In this document: positions 48,238-57,259 of the stretch, one piece after another
Layout of the letters: each line of letters opens with the position of its first letter
Numbering within the stretch: the stretch's first letter is position 1
Made by a program: the position numbers and the translations under genes
Origin: a virus
Taxonomy: Duplodnaviria > Caudoviricetes
Reading direction: 5' to 3' (one strand)
DNA: 64,000 nt
IMG/VR virus record: IMGVR_UViG_2623620512_000004
Coordinates: 1-64,000 of that record
The notes under the pieces: model-generated
Databases searched by the model: none
The model's input: the letters and a program-made list of their open reading frames with translations, nothing else
What the model was told of the DNA's origin: nothing

Positions 48238-49249
48238 AGAACTTCTTCATCTTAAGTCCAAACTCGATTTTCTGGAACTGGCCAATATCAGAATAGTCAC
48301 CCAACAGGTTCTTGCAGCGAAGGTAGAGCATATTCACTCCTGCCTTCCAGACGAACGGCAGCGAGGCGTTCACTCTGGGGTTCACCTCCAACAGTACAAC
48401 CCATCCTTCTGGAGTGATGCGGAAGTCGAAACAGGCGTTTCCGTCAAGGTCGAGTTCCTTAACCAGTTTCTCCACTATCTCGTAGGCTTGCTGATTGTAG
48501 GCTATCTCTCCGTCAATGATGGCACCATAGGACATCTGATGACCGATGTAGCCAACGATATGAGTAACCTTTCCCTTGACTGCCAGGACGCTTACTGAAT
48601 AGTCCTTACCATCAACGTACTCCTGCAGGATAACAGTTGTCTTTCTCTGACAAAGGACTTCACAGAGGTCATCCATGCTGATATATCGGTTCTCTCCTAA
48701 CTTGTTGAAGAGCGTGATGTCTCTGGCCTTCTCATCATCAACGATGGCGAAGCCGTTACCTCCTGCATGGTCTGACAGCTTACAGCACATCTTATTACCA
48801 ATGCGGATGGTTCGCAGGAAATCTACTGCGTCCGCATAACAGGTAGGTATCATCTGCTTCGGCATGAGCGAGGAATAATGCTTCTGGAGTTCAATCTTAT
48901 TATTCGCAACGGCAATACACTCTGGAGAGGCTACAGACACCATGATTCCTTGGTTCTCGAAGAAAGGCTTGTATTTAGCCATCAGTTCAAGTTCTACGGT
49001 GGCCGTAGGGATAATGATGTCAATCTTCCACAATTCGCAGTAGTGCCGCAACAATTCCAGATACTTGCTGTCTGTAATCGGAGGAACTACAGCGCACCCT
49101 TCAACCATACCGACTGGCGGCAGGTTGTGAGGGTTGCAGTTGACGGCATACACATTGACGTTTACACCATCCTCATTCTGTTTGAGGCTATCTATACGCT
49201 CCTTGACGTGGTTAGCACAACAAGTCAGCAGAACATTGAAATCTCTCAT
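48215..49249 (-). CDS. ATP-grasp ligase
   Basis: DIIIPT...EL, NNK, GGNGF, LQEYVDGKDYSV, LLEVNPR. Confidence 0.85.
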   Translation of the reverse strand: MRDFNVLLTCCANHVKERIDSLKQNEDGVNVNVYAVNCNPHNLPPVGMVEGCAVVPPITDSKYLELLRHYCELWKIDIIIPTATVELELMAKYKPFFENQGIMVSVASPECIAVANNKIELQKHYSSLMPKQMIPTCYADAVDFLRTIRIGNKMCCKLSDHAGGNGFAIVDDEKARDITLFNKLGENRYISMDDLCEVLCQRKTTVILQEYVDGKDYSVSVLAVKGKVTHIVGYIGHQMSYGAIIDGEIAYNQQAYEIVEKLVKELDLDGNACFDFRITPEGWVVLLEVNPRVNASLPFVWKAGVNMLYLRCKNLLGDYSDIGQFQKIEFGLKMKKFYDSRYFL

Positions 49250-49250
49250 A

Positions 49251-49865
49251 TCACTTCTTCTTTTTGGGTACTATCTTGGCTTTCATGTCATCATACCAGA
49301 TGGCACGTGCCTTAATCTTTCTATCCTTATCTCTGGTATGCGCTATCAGCACCTTCTTATCTTCAATGCCGAGAGCACGAATGAGGTTGTTATAGTCCAC
49401 CTCATTACGGCAGACAATCATCACATAGTCATACTTCTCATAGCGTATCAACTCCATGTCCTTAATCTTTGGCTCCTTGGTGGTCAATACGGTCAAATCA
49501 GTAGAGAGGTCAATATGGAGGCTTCCAGTCCATTCAGCCAGTTTCTTCATGTCCCATTCTCCTGCATGGGTGTTGGCTTTGATGTTAACGGCTTTCTTCT
49601 CTCCATCAGAGTAGCCTATCAGACGTTTGCAGAGCACTGTCCTGTTGGGGTCTATGGCATACAGTATCTTCACTCTCTGGTTACCAGACAGAATACTGTT
49701 CTTCTCATCAATGACGATGACGCCAAAATCACCCAACTTTTCCAAGGATTCCTCCAAGGCCTGCTTACGCTTTGGAGTGAGAGGCTTACGAGGGTTCTCA
49801 AACTCGAAGTTCAAATCCTTCACTTTGAGTTCTACTACTTCAATTCGTTTTTCTTGCTGTTCCAT
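49251..49865 (-). CDS. ParB-like N-terminal domain protein
   Basis: ENPRK...LEESLEKLG...IVIDE...ILSGNQR...N...GEWD. Confidence 0.8.
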   Translation of the reverse strand: MEQQEKRIEVVELKVKDLNFEFENPRKPLTPKRKQALEESLEKLGDFGVIVIDEKNSILSGNQRVKILYAIDPNRTVLCKRLIGYSDGEKKAVNIKANTHAGEWDMKKLAEWTGSLHIDLSTDLTVLTTKEPKIKDMELIRYEKYDYVMIVCRNEVDYNNLIRALGIEDKKVLIAHTRDKDRKIKARAIWYDDMKAKIVPKKKK

Positions 49866-50338
49866 ACGGTCTTTGTCATTTCAAATCTATGCACATTGGT
49901 ATTCGTAAAGGACAGCCCTACACTGTAGAATCCAAGCGAACGTGCCACTCTGAATGATGGCAGGTTGTCCGAGTTTACCCAGATATACAGCAGGTCAAGG
50001 CCGAGCACGTCAAAGCCTATTTCCATAGCCTGTATGACGGCACGTTTGCAGATGCCCTTTCCCCACATATCCTTCCTCAGAATGTAGTAGCCGATGGCGG
50101 CTGTTCCGAAGCCAATCTGCTTCAAACTGACAACTCCAACAGCTACATTGTCTGCCATAATGGCAAACATTCGGTTCCTTGCGTCCTGCCCTCTGAATAT
50201 GTAGCACTGCTCTTCTGTCTGGAGCGTTGCAGGTAAGGGAGTGTCGCAACTGGTGAACTTCCAGATTTCTGGATCGTTCCTGTACTGCCATGTATCGGCA
50301 GCGTGTCGTTTCTCTAACGGTTCAATTCTGACTTCCAT
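49835..50338 (-). CDS. GNAT acetyltransferase (RimJ/RimL-like)
   Basis: IGYYI....WGKGI, N..S.RV...LGF. Confidence 0.85.
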   Translation of the reverse strand: MEVRIEPLEKRHAADTWQYRNDPEIWKFTSCDTPLPATLQTEEQCYIFRGQDARNRMFAIMADNVAVGVVSLKQIGFGTAAIGYYILRKDMWGKGICKRAVIQAMEIGFDVLGLDLLYIWVNSDNLPSFRVARSLGFYSVGLSFTNTNVHRFEMTKTVWNSKKNELK

Positions 50339-51417
50339 AATTCCATTGCTCTTAAGATTATATCGTCCATATCGTAATACTTGTATTCTGCCAGCCTACC
50401 CCCAAAGATGACCTTCTCTTCTTTGTCGGCCAGTGCCTTGTATTGCTGATAGATGGCATTGTTCTTCTCATCATTGACAGGGTAGTACGGCTCTCCTGTT
50501 TCCTTGATGGATGCAGGGTACTCTTCCGTGATGACTGTTTTCTTGACTGGCTCCTTGGGCTGTTGGAAATGGCGGTGCTCAACACGTCTGGTATAAGGTA
50601 TTCCTCCCCAAGTCTCATTGACTACTGCCACTCCTTGATAGTTCTCTTCATCCAAGGTAAACTGATTGAAGCGAAGGGAACGGTATTCGAGTTCTCCAAA
50701 CCTGTAGTCATAGAACTGGTCAATACGTCCTGTGAAAAGCACTCTGTCACACATATCAAAGACCTTTCCTTTTGCATCGAATAGGTCCAGTCCAGGAATG
50801 GCCTCTGAGCCTTCAAGAAGTTTGTTGATGAGGGAATTATATCCCCCATCGGGAATAAACTCGTAGCGGTCGTTAAAATAACGGTTATTGAACGTGAATC
50901 TGACTGGCAGGCGAGTAATGATGTTGGCAGGGAGTTTCGTACATGGCCGTCCCCATTGTTTCTCCGTGTAGCCCTTTATCAGCTTACGGTAGATGTCCTT
51001 GCCTACGAGCGAGATTGCCTTATCCTCCAAGTTCCGAATTTCCTTGATGCACTTGCTCTGTTCGGCTATCTTCTGCATTGCTTCCTGTGGAGTGACCACA
51101 CCCCACATCTGGCAGAACGTGTTCATGTTGAACGGCATATTGTACATCTTACCCTTGTAGTGGGCCATCGGAGTATTCACATAAGGATTGACCTTTACCA
51201 GAGAGGTGACAAACTTGAACACTTCCTCGCTGTCTGTGTGGAAAATGTGTGGGCCGTACTTATGCACAATGATACCATCAACATTCTCACAATAGACATT
51301 GCCTCCGAGGTGCTGCCGCTTGTCAATGACAAGGCACGTCCTACCAGAATCCGTGGCCAGACGTGCGAAGGTGCTTCCGAAGAGACCTGCCCCTACTATC
51401 AGATAATCATATTTCAT
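50314..51417 (-). CDS. glf: UDP-galactopyranose mutase
   Basis: YDYLIVGAGLFG, HLGGNVY, HKYGPHIFHT, YTEKQWG, LEYRSLRF, EPYYPVN, GRLAEYKYYDMD. Confidence 0.95.
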   Translation of the reverse strand: MKYDYLIVGAGLFGSTFARLATDSGRTCLVIDKRQHLGGNVYCENVDGIIVHKYGPHIFHTDSEEVFKFVTSLVKVNPYVNTPMAHYKGKMYNMPFNMNTFCQMWGVVTPQEAMQKIAEQSKCIKEIRNLEDKAISLVGKDIYRKLIKGYTEKQWGRPCTKLPANIITRLPVRFTFNNRYFNDRYEFIPDGGYNSLINKLLEGSEAIPGLDLFDAKGKVFDMCDRVLFTGRIDQFYDYRFGELEYRSLRFNQFTLDEENYQGVAVVNETWGGIPYTRRVEHRHFQQPKEPVKKTVITEEYPASIKETGEPYYPVNDEKNNAIYQQYKALADKEEKVIFGGRLAEYKYYDMDDIILRAMELWKSELNR

Positions 51418-51435
51418 AGTTCTGTAACTTTGCTG

Positions 51436-51469
51436 CAAAGATAGGCATTTTTATTTGAATAACAAATAC
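51436..51469 (-). promoter_or_regulatory. Class B promoter/operator
   Basis: GTATTTGTTATTCAAAT-N9-TATCTTTG upstream of glf cluster. Confidence 0.7.
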
Positions 51470-51490
51470 TTTTCACACTTTTTGAGTTAT

Positions 51491-51715
51491 TCAGAGGTCA
51501 AACAGCCATCCTTCGACTGCTTTTGGCTTGGGTGGATGGGTGCAAGAGACTCAACCATCATGCTCATTACACCATTCGTAACGGATGAAGTAAGGACACT
51601 TATTCTGTCCGCTTCCAGAGTAACATTCATCATGTTCCAAGTCTCTTTCTCCAAAAGGACACACCATCACTTTCGGATGGCTTTTGTGATGTATTGTCGG
51701 CACATACGTAATCAT
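51491..51715 (-). pseudogene. Small Cys-rich ORF with one in-frame TGA
   Basis: MITYVPT...NEHDG*VSCTHPPKPKAVEGWLFDL; TGA at 51551-51553. Confidence 0.35.
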
Positions 51716-51732
51716 ATTTCAAAAATTTAGCG

Positions 51733-51930
51733 TCAACTGTATTGGTCTGGCAGGATGGGCGGCTTTCGTCCTCGCATAGATGGGACACTCATTCCTGTAT
51801 GCACAGTTCCCTGCCTTTGCCTCAGAGAAACGCAACACCCGAACAACATTCCTATTGTCTTGTATGTTATTCCTGCGCCTTTCAATACGAAGAATGACAC
51901 AAAATCATCTTGCTCTAATTTCCTATACAT
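51733..51930 (-). CDS. Hypothetical protein
   Basis: ORF overlapping upstream stop. Confidence 0.4.
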   Translation of the reverse strand: MYRKLEQDDFVSFFVLKGAGITYKTIGMLFGCCVSLRQRQGTVHTGMSVPSMRGRKPPILPDQYS

Positions 51931-52390
51931 AGTCTTTGATTTTGTTGATGTATTCTGGAAACTCGCTTATCGGGTATGTATCTTTGACAAGCGCATCTAT
52001 CTCAGCACTGACTTTTGCTTTCTTTGCCTCGTTATCTTGGCTTTTGAATCCGAAGAGGTCATCATCCACAACAGGCATATTGAGTTGTTTCAGTTTCCTT
52101 TGTCGAGACTTTAATAGTACCTCCCTACGATAATCATGCCACTCCTTACCTAACAAGATGTCCTGTCGGCCTCCACTCAGAAAGACTGCCCTTTTGGGGT
52201 TGCGGACTTTTACAAGAGCGGCCAGATACTCAAAATACCACGACCACCTTACTGCGAAGTCTGGTGACATTCCAGAACGGTAATAAACAACATCGTCAAC
52301 ATGATAGCGGTCAGTCTCAGATGTAACACTTATCTTCACGACACAGACATACTTACCAGGACCATCAATCGTTGTTTCTTTTTGTTTCAT
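51923..52390 (-). CDS. Hypothetical protein
   Basis: AGAGCA-ATG start. Confidence 0.6.
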   Translation of the reverse strand: MKQKETTIDGPGKYVCVVKISVTSETDRYHVDDVVYYRSGMSPDFAVRWSWYFEYLAALVKVRNPKRAVFLSGGRQDILLGKEWHDYRREVLLKSRQRKLKQLNMPVVDDDLFGFKSQDNEAKKAKVSAEIDALVKDTYPISEFPEYINKIKDYV

Positions 52391-52396
52391 TGCTCT

Positions 52397-52609
52397 TTAC
52401 TTCTTTGAATAAGGGTTGTGTTCTTTGTACCGATTCCAGTCTGCTACTGTCCTATAACGGATGATGTGCTTATCAACACCATAACGCTCACCAACGATAG
52501 CCGTTCTCTCATGCTTCTGGATGAAACGGATAATGTCTTTGGCGGTGAGGCCCTTAAACTGTTCTGGGTCAAAGATGACCTCGATTCCATTGCTCTTCTT
52601 GCTACTCAT
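52397..52609 (-). CDS. Hypothetical protein
   Basis: Coupled ORF. Confidence 0.5.
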   Translation of the reverse strand: MSSKKSNGIEVIFDPEQFKGLTAKDIIRFIQKHERTAIVGERYGVDKHIIRYRTVADWNRYKEHNPYSKK

Positions 52610-52883
52610 TTTGTTTCAGCTTTTCGGTTATCATATTCAATTTCTCTTGATATGCCTGCAACTGGCCGCTCAGTCGAGCAACAGCCAGTTCAGCCCTTGT
52701 TACATCTTCTTGGCTTCTGGCGAAGAAAGATGTTCCAGATTCAACCAACTTCATGCGCTTCTTCAGTGATGCGATAACTTTCTTGAAGCCCTTGACGTTT
52801 GGCATGGCACCAGAGGCGAAAGCCTTTTCAAGTTCATCCTTGATGCTCTGGTATGAGGATTGCTTCATTTCTTCTGTAGTCAT
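52602..52883 (-). CDS. Hypothetical coiled-coil protein
   Basis: AGAGCA-ATG start. Confidence 0.6.
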   Translation of the reverse strand: MTTEEMKQSSYQSIKDELEKAFASGAMPNVKGFKKVIASLKKRMKLVESGTSFFARSQEDVTRAELAVARLSGQLQAYQEKLNMITEKLKQNE

Positions 52884-52895
52884 TGCTCTTTTCGT

Positions 52896-53189
52896 TTAGT
52901 CATACATACGTGCGAGTGCTTCACTCTCAAATCTATCATAGATGCGCCAGAGTACATTTCCTGTGTTTTCAGAATCCGTTGCCTCTGGATGCGAACAGAG
53001 GGTAAAGAACGTATCTTCAAGGTCTCGTGCCTGCCAGTCAAATTCTGTACCCTTATTGTAAGGACACTTTTTACAGCGGTCACCACCTACCTTTGCAGGC
53101 AAACCACTCAAACGACACTTTTCATCGTGCCGTCTGATGTGCCAGTCACGTGTTATCTTACGTGTGGAGTAGTCATAGGTCATTGCCAT
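52896..53189 (-). CDS. Hypothetical Cys-containing protein
   Basis: ORF in cassette. Confidence 0.5.
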   Translation of the reverse strand: MAMTYDYSTRKITRDWHIRRHDEKCRLSGLPAKVGGDRCKKCPYNKGTEFDWQARDLEDTFFTLCSHPEATDSENTGNVLWRIYDRFESEALARMYD

Positions 53190-53341
53190 AGTCAATCATC
53201 CTTTTCCTTATAACCATCCTCACACTCTTCACTTCCTGCATTTCTGGGAGCACCTTTCCAGTAGCACCAACCACGATTGCGAGAGAAGTCTGGTTCGAAA
53301 TAGCCACAGGTACGACATTTCCGATTTACTACTGCCATAAT

Positions 53342-53596
53342 TCAGTCATCAAGAGAGTAACCAAGTTCATTCAGTGCAGCGACAACTTCCTCTGGCAGTT
53401 CAAAACAGCCATCGTAGTCCTCAATCTGCTTGCCGTCAAACCAGATTCCACCTTCCATGTAGGTTTCCTCATCATCCTCATCTTCTTGGTACTCCCAAGA
53501 ACCATACTCGCCATCAATATCGAGTTTTACCCATGCACCGTTATCAAACTTGTATTCACGTGCACCATCCTTAACGTTCTTTTCTACGATTTCCAT
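53342..53596 (-). CDS. Acidic hypothetical protein
   Basis: AGAGCA-ATG start; DYDG.FELP.EV motif. Confidence 0.6.
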   Translation of the reverse strand: MEIVEKNVKDGAREYKFDNGAWVKLDIDGEYGSWEYQEDEDDEETYMEGGIWFDGKQIEDYDGCFELPEEVVAALNELGYSLDD

Positions 53597-53641
53597 TGCT
53601 CTATCTTTTAGATGGCAGGGTGGTTAGCCCTGCCGTTACCT

Positions 53642-54025
53642 TTACTTCTTGTTCGCTACAGTGACCAGCCAGTCTATCTCTGCTTCTGTGAGCGGATATT
53701 CCTGCTGACGCTTCCAGTTGATGATGAACAGCTTTCCAACTGCATCTTCCAGTCTGTCGTAAATCTCGGATGGGATATGACCGTCAAAGTCATCTATCAA
53801 ACCACGGACGAAGTTCTCCTTCTGCTCCTTGGCCTTCTTCTCGGTGTCCTTGACCTGCTTCTGGTAGATTTCAGCCTTCTGGTAGAAGTTACAACCTAAC
53901 TCCAGACCGAAGTCATTCTTGATGTTCTCACACATCTGGTCGATGTCGTGCTCTCCGAAGAAGTCCGCAAAATAGGTATCACCTTTGAGGGACTGTAAAT
54001 TCTGAATTTCTTCTGCTCGTTTCAT
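53642..54025 (-). CDS. Hypothetical protein
   Basis: AGAGCA-ATG start after class A promoter. Confidence 0.6.
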   Translation of the reverse strand: MKRAEEIQNLQSLKGDTYFADFFGEHDIDQMCENIKNDFGLELGCNFYQKAEIYQKQVKDTEKKAKEQKENFVRGLIDDFDGHIPSEIYDRLEDAVGKLFIINWKRQQEYPLTEAEIDWLVTVANKK

Positions 54026-54054
54026 TGCTCTTTACTTTTAGGGGTTTGCTCTGG

Positions 54055-54089
54055 CAAAGTTAGTCAAAGGTTTCTGAAAATCAAAACGA
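54055..54089 (-). promoter_or_regulatory. Class A promoter/operator
   Basis: TCGTTTTGATTTTCAGAA-N9-TAACTTTG. Confidence 0.75.
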
Positions 54090-54121
54090 ATAATCATTGA
54101 ATTTCAGCACATTACAGTTGT

Positions 54122-54382
54122 TTAACTGTTGACTTCTGGAGGCTTAACAGAGGATAACTTTTTATTCTTATAGTTCTCCCTACGCTTCTGCAAACGTGCC
54201 TGACGTTCCTCTGGTGTCTCACGTTCCTTCTTGCGCCTGTAGTAATTCCGTGAGGCTTCACGATGAGCCTCTTGGCTTGCAGGTGTAAGAGTAGAGGGAG
54301 AAAGACGCTGTGCGGCCTTGATTTGGCCCTTGTGCGTCTCGTAATACTTGCGGTTATAGATGCGCTTTGCTTCCTTATCCAT
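54122..54382 (-). CDS. Basic hypothetical protein
   Basis: R/K-rich 86-aa ORF. Confidence 0.5.
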   Translation of the reverse strand: MDKEAKRIYNRKYYETHKGQIKAAQRLSPSTLTPASQEAHREASRNYYRRKKERETPEERQARLQKRRENYKNKKLSSVKPPEVNS

Positions 54383-54779
54383 TACTCTTCAATGCTTTTT
54401 GTAAGACTTCATCAATACATTCAGCAGCCCATCCAACGAGGTATGAGTGCATTTCATCATCACCAGTATCTAAACCTTGGCCACAGGCCTTAAAGATGGC
54501 GTTCGCTACATGATCGGCTTCGTGGGCTATCGTCCCTACGGTCATTACCTCTGGCTTGTGCAACCAGACCAGAATACCTCTCCAAGCATCCTTCTTCTCG
54601 ATGACATACGGCAGCGTGATACAGTTGGAATCTTCCAGTTCGCTTTCGCTTATCTGGTAGTTGTCACAGTCTGGGTCTAAGAAGGTGTTTTCAATATCAT
54701 CCTTGCAACCACCAAAGGCAACAAACAGCTTCCTTGGGAATGGCGTTGGCTTGAACTCAAACAATCTGAACTTTCCCAT
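54375..54779 (-). CDS. HExxH-containing hypothetical protein
   Basis: TIAHEADHVA...DE..SYLVGW. Confidence 0.6.
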   Translation of the reverse strand: MGKFRLFEFKPTPFPRKLFVAFGGCKDDIENTFLDPDCDNYQISESELEDSNCITLPYVIEKKDAWRGILVWLHKPEVMTVGTIAHEADHVANAIFKACGQGLDTGDDEMHSYLVGWAAECIDEVLQKALKSNG

Positions 54780-55387
54780 CAGTCAACCCTTTCTATACCG
54801 TAAACGTAAACATAGCCGTTCCTGTCCCATGTACCTTTGCCACACGTCTTATCAATGAGAGAGGCGAAAGCGTCTCTGGGTGTGGCAAACATTTCCGGAG
54901 TTCCGTAGTACTGGTATCGGACAACAGGATTCATATTGCAATCTATTACATCGTCTCTCCTGTAGATACCTTCTTCCAGGCACTCTTCATCAGAGATACA
55001 TTTCAGCTGCTCAAACCTCACCTCCGTTATGCGGACATGATGAGGCATCAACTCAGCCTTGACATACATCTTGTTCGTGCAGCCGATGTGGTTCTGCTCG
55101 ACCATTATGATGACCTCGTTCTCGATGCTCGTTGGCATATACTCTTCCTCCAACAGTTCCTTGTAACTCTGTTGGATGGCAACAATATCACCAACATTAT
55201 AAGGACTTTTGCTGATGGCAAACTCTTCAAGGGAAAGGTAATCTTCCTTACCCTTCATTTCGTTGGCCACAACGTAGATGGCATACTGTTTCTCAACCTT
55301 CTTACCATCACGTCTGGTTTTCGTTTTGGTGCGAGAGAGTACGGCCCTTTGCAGACCGTACTTCTCATTGAACATCATCTTCTTCAT
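54779..55387 (-). CDS. ASCH/PUA-like phage protein
   Basis: MMFN..YGL..AVL..TKTKTRR...RITEVRFEQL..IS.EEC..EGI...W..N.YV.VY. Confidence 0.6.
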   Translation of the reverse strand: MKKMMFNEKYGLQRAVLSRTKTKTRRDGKKVEKQYAIYVVANEMKGKEDYLSLEEFAISKSPYNVGDIVAIQQSYKELLEEEYMPTSIENEVIIMVEQNHIGCTNKMYVKAELMPHHVRITEVRFEQLKCISDEECLEEGIYRRDDVIDCNMNPVVRYQYYGTPEMFATPRDAFASLIDKTCGKGTWDRNGYVYVYGIERVD

Positions 55388-55635
55388 TTCAGCTTACTTA
55401 TTGCATCGTCAAACACACCTCTCAGTCCGTTGCTGTAGCGATGGTTAAAGACGTGCTTTCTGAAATACTCAGATACGTCCTTATCCCAATAGCCGCTGTT
55501 GATAACAACCTTGACCCTTTTCTCCAGTTCTCGAATGACATTGGCATTATGCTTGTTCCTTCTGCTGACGTGTTCGTTCCAAAGTCTCTTCACGTCTTTC
55601 CATGAGCAGGGGATTTTGATTACAACCTCTTTCAT
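55384..55635 (-). CDS. Hypothetical protein
   Basis: Coupled ORF. Confidence 0.5.
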   Translation of the reverse strand: MKEVVIKIPCSWKDVKRLWNEHVSRRNKHNANVIRELEKRVKVVINSGYWDKDVSEYFRKHVFNHRYSNGLRGVFDDAISKLK

Positions 55636-56240
55636 TTCTCTGCCTCCTTACGGTTGAATGGTCCTACATAGTCAGCCCAGATGGAAATGAACTGCTTGCC
55701 GAAGTAAACGGCCAGTTCCTCTGACTTGACAGCAAGGCGAGCCGAGACGCTCGAGTACGAGAACGACCAAGCGTCGTTCGAGTTCGCACAAGCGAGACCG
55801 CCATTCGCACCGTAGTACGAGCTACCGCCACCGAGCCACAGCGCACGGTCTTTCTTCCATTGCTCTGACTTGCCTTTCAGTTCCTCTTCCGTCCAGAGAG
55901 TAAACCAAGGGTACCAACGGTATTCATCAGTAGTAAACTGAGGCTCCCATCCTTCGTTGAGGGCGGCAGCGATAGTCTTTAACTTGATGTAGGCTACCTC
56001 ATCTTTTTCCAAGAAGCATCGACTACCATCAATGGGTGACGAATAACGTAACTTGTAGAAATCTACAGGCTCGAAGCCGAGTACATGACAGGCATCCTCA
56101 TAGGTCTTTACTCTCTCTGTGATGGGTAGCAAGGTGTCAATACCTTTAACCTTAACATCATACTTCTCTGCGAGTGCAATCATTTCTTTTGCGAACTCCT
56201 GTGCCTTTTCCTGTGGCACATCTAACTTTAACTCTTTCAT
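55632..56240 (-). CDS. DGR target 2 (remote, non-tail protein with VR)
   Basis: 202 aa from AGAGCA-ATG start; VR2 encodes LWLGGGSSYYGANGGLACANSNDAWSFSYSSVSARL. Confidence 0.85.
   Translation of the reverse strand: MKELKLDVPQEKAQEFAKEMIALAEKYDVKVKGIDTLLPITERVKTYEDACHVLGFEPVDFYKLRYSSPIDGSRCFLEKDEVAYIKLKTIAAALNEGWEPQFTTDEYRWYPWFTLWTEEELKGKSEQWKKDRALWLGGGSSYYGANGGLACANSNDAWSFSYSSVSARLAVKSEELAVYFGKQFISIWADYVGPFNRKEAEK
55735..55842 (-). repeat. DGR variable repeat VR2
   Basis: Ungapped 108-bp match to TR; 13 mismatches by manual count, 11 at TR adenines. Confidence 0.92.
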
Positions 56241-56292
56241 TGCTCTATATTGGTTTAAACGTGCAGGGCGGTTACTCCTGCGAATCCTATAA

Positions 56293-56661
56293 CTATCCAA
56301 ACTGCTTTCTGGCTTCGACATATTCCTTATGCCATTGCTTACGTATCTTCTCACCGTCAACCTCTTTCAAGGCTCTGGTGAACAATCCAGTCAGTACGGC
56401 ACCAAAGAGGATCGTGTTCTTATTCAGCTTCACGCCTCCTTGGCAGAGAGCGAGTTGGCCATAACGTCCATAGTGGTAGCCCTTGATGTCTGATACTCGC
56501 TGATGGTCTTTCAGCATTTCAACGCTCCAACAGGCACCAGAGTAGATTTTCTTCGTGCCGTAGTAGTCATTCGAATAGCCGTTCTGCTGTGATACCAGAC
56601 GTGCCTTTATCTCATAGTGGCCACAGTCGCTCAACAGGTAGATGTATCTGGGCTTAATCAT
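56293..56661 (-). CDS. Hypothetical protein
   Basis: 122-aa ORF. Confidence 0.55.
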   Translation of the reverse strand: MIKPRYIYLLSDCGHYEIKARLVSQQNGYSNDYYGTKKIYSGACWSVEMLKDHQRVSDIKGYHYGRYGQLALCQGGVKLNKNTILFGAVLTGLFTRALKEVDGEKIRKQWHKEYVEARKQFG

Positions 56662-56941
56662 TTCTTCTGGCCTTTAGGTAAGCATCTATTGTATCAAATC
56701 CAAGCGACTGCACGTAGGCTTTACGCTTCTCAACAGTAGAGGCACACCGAGCACACACCATACAATCTGGCGTGAGTTTCTTCGGACTGCAAGGCTCATA
56801 CATCTGGCTTTCGTCAATGACGATGACGCTGTGCCGTCTGCACTTGAAGGCGGCTTCATATTCAGCATCATCCTTGTTCTCGAAGGTGGGGCAGTGACAT
56901 ACACCGCCTAACTCATCGTTTCTTAATACATACAATTCCAT
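56654..56941 (-). CDS. Hypothetical Cys-rich protein
   Basis: AGAGCA-ATG start. Confidence 0.6.
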   Translation of the reverse strand: MELYVLRNDELGGVCHCPTFENKDDAEYEAAFKCRRHSVIVIDESQMYEPCSPKKLTPDCMVCARCASTVEKRKAYVQSLGFDTIDAYLKARRND

Positions 56942-56953
56942 TGCTCTGATACT

Positions 56954-57190
56954 TTATAGTAAACTTTCTATTGTCAACGCATCAAGTTCCTTCTGGTCGA
57001 GAGTGTAGCCAACCTGTGCCATCTGGCGAACAGCTTGCTTCTTGGCATTCTTCAGCGTCTTATACATTCCGATTTGGAACCAGTACTCACCATCTTGGAT
57101 GGCAGTAACAATAATCTGGTCTGTCTCATGTCCGTTGAGGCAGAACCGCACAGTCTTTCTTTCCGAGTTCGTACATTTAACCGATTTCAT
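56954..57190 (-). CDS. Hypothetical protein
   Basis: AGAGCA-ATG start after class A promoter. Confidence 0.6.
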   Translation of the reverse strand: MKSVKCTNSERKTVRFCLNGHETDQIIVTAIQDGEYWFQIGMYKTLKNAKKQAVRQMAQVGYTLDQKELDALTIESLL

Positions 57191-57220
57191 TGCTCTTTAC
57201 GTTTAATTGATTTGCACTGG

Positions 57221-57255
57221 CAAAGTTACTGCTTTATTTCTGAATATCAAAACGA
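57221..57255 (-). promoter_or_regulatory. Class A promoter/operator
   Basis: TCGTTTTGATATTCAGAA-N9-TAACTTTG. Confidence 0.75.
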
Positions 57256-57259
57256 TAAA

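Noticed and set aside
55640-55734. Hairpin downstream of VR2
   Set aside because: Only a weak imperfect GCCG/CGGC stem; not comparable to the VR1 hairpin
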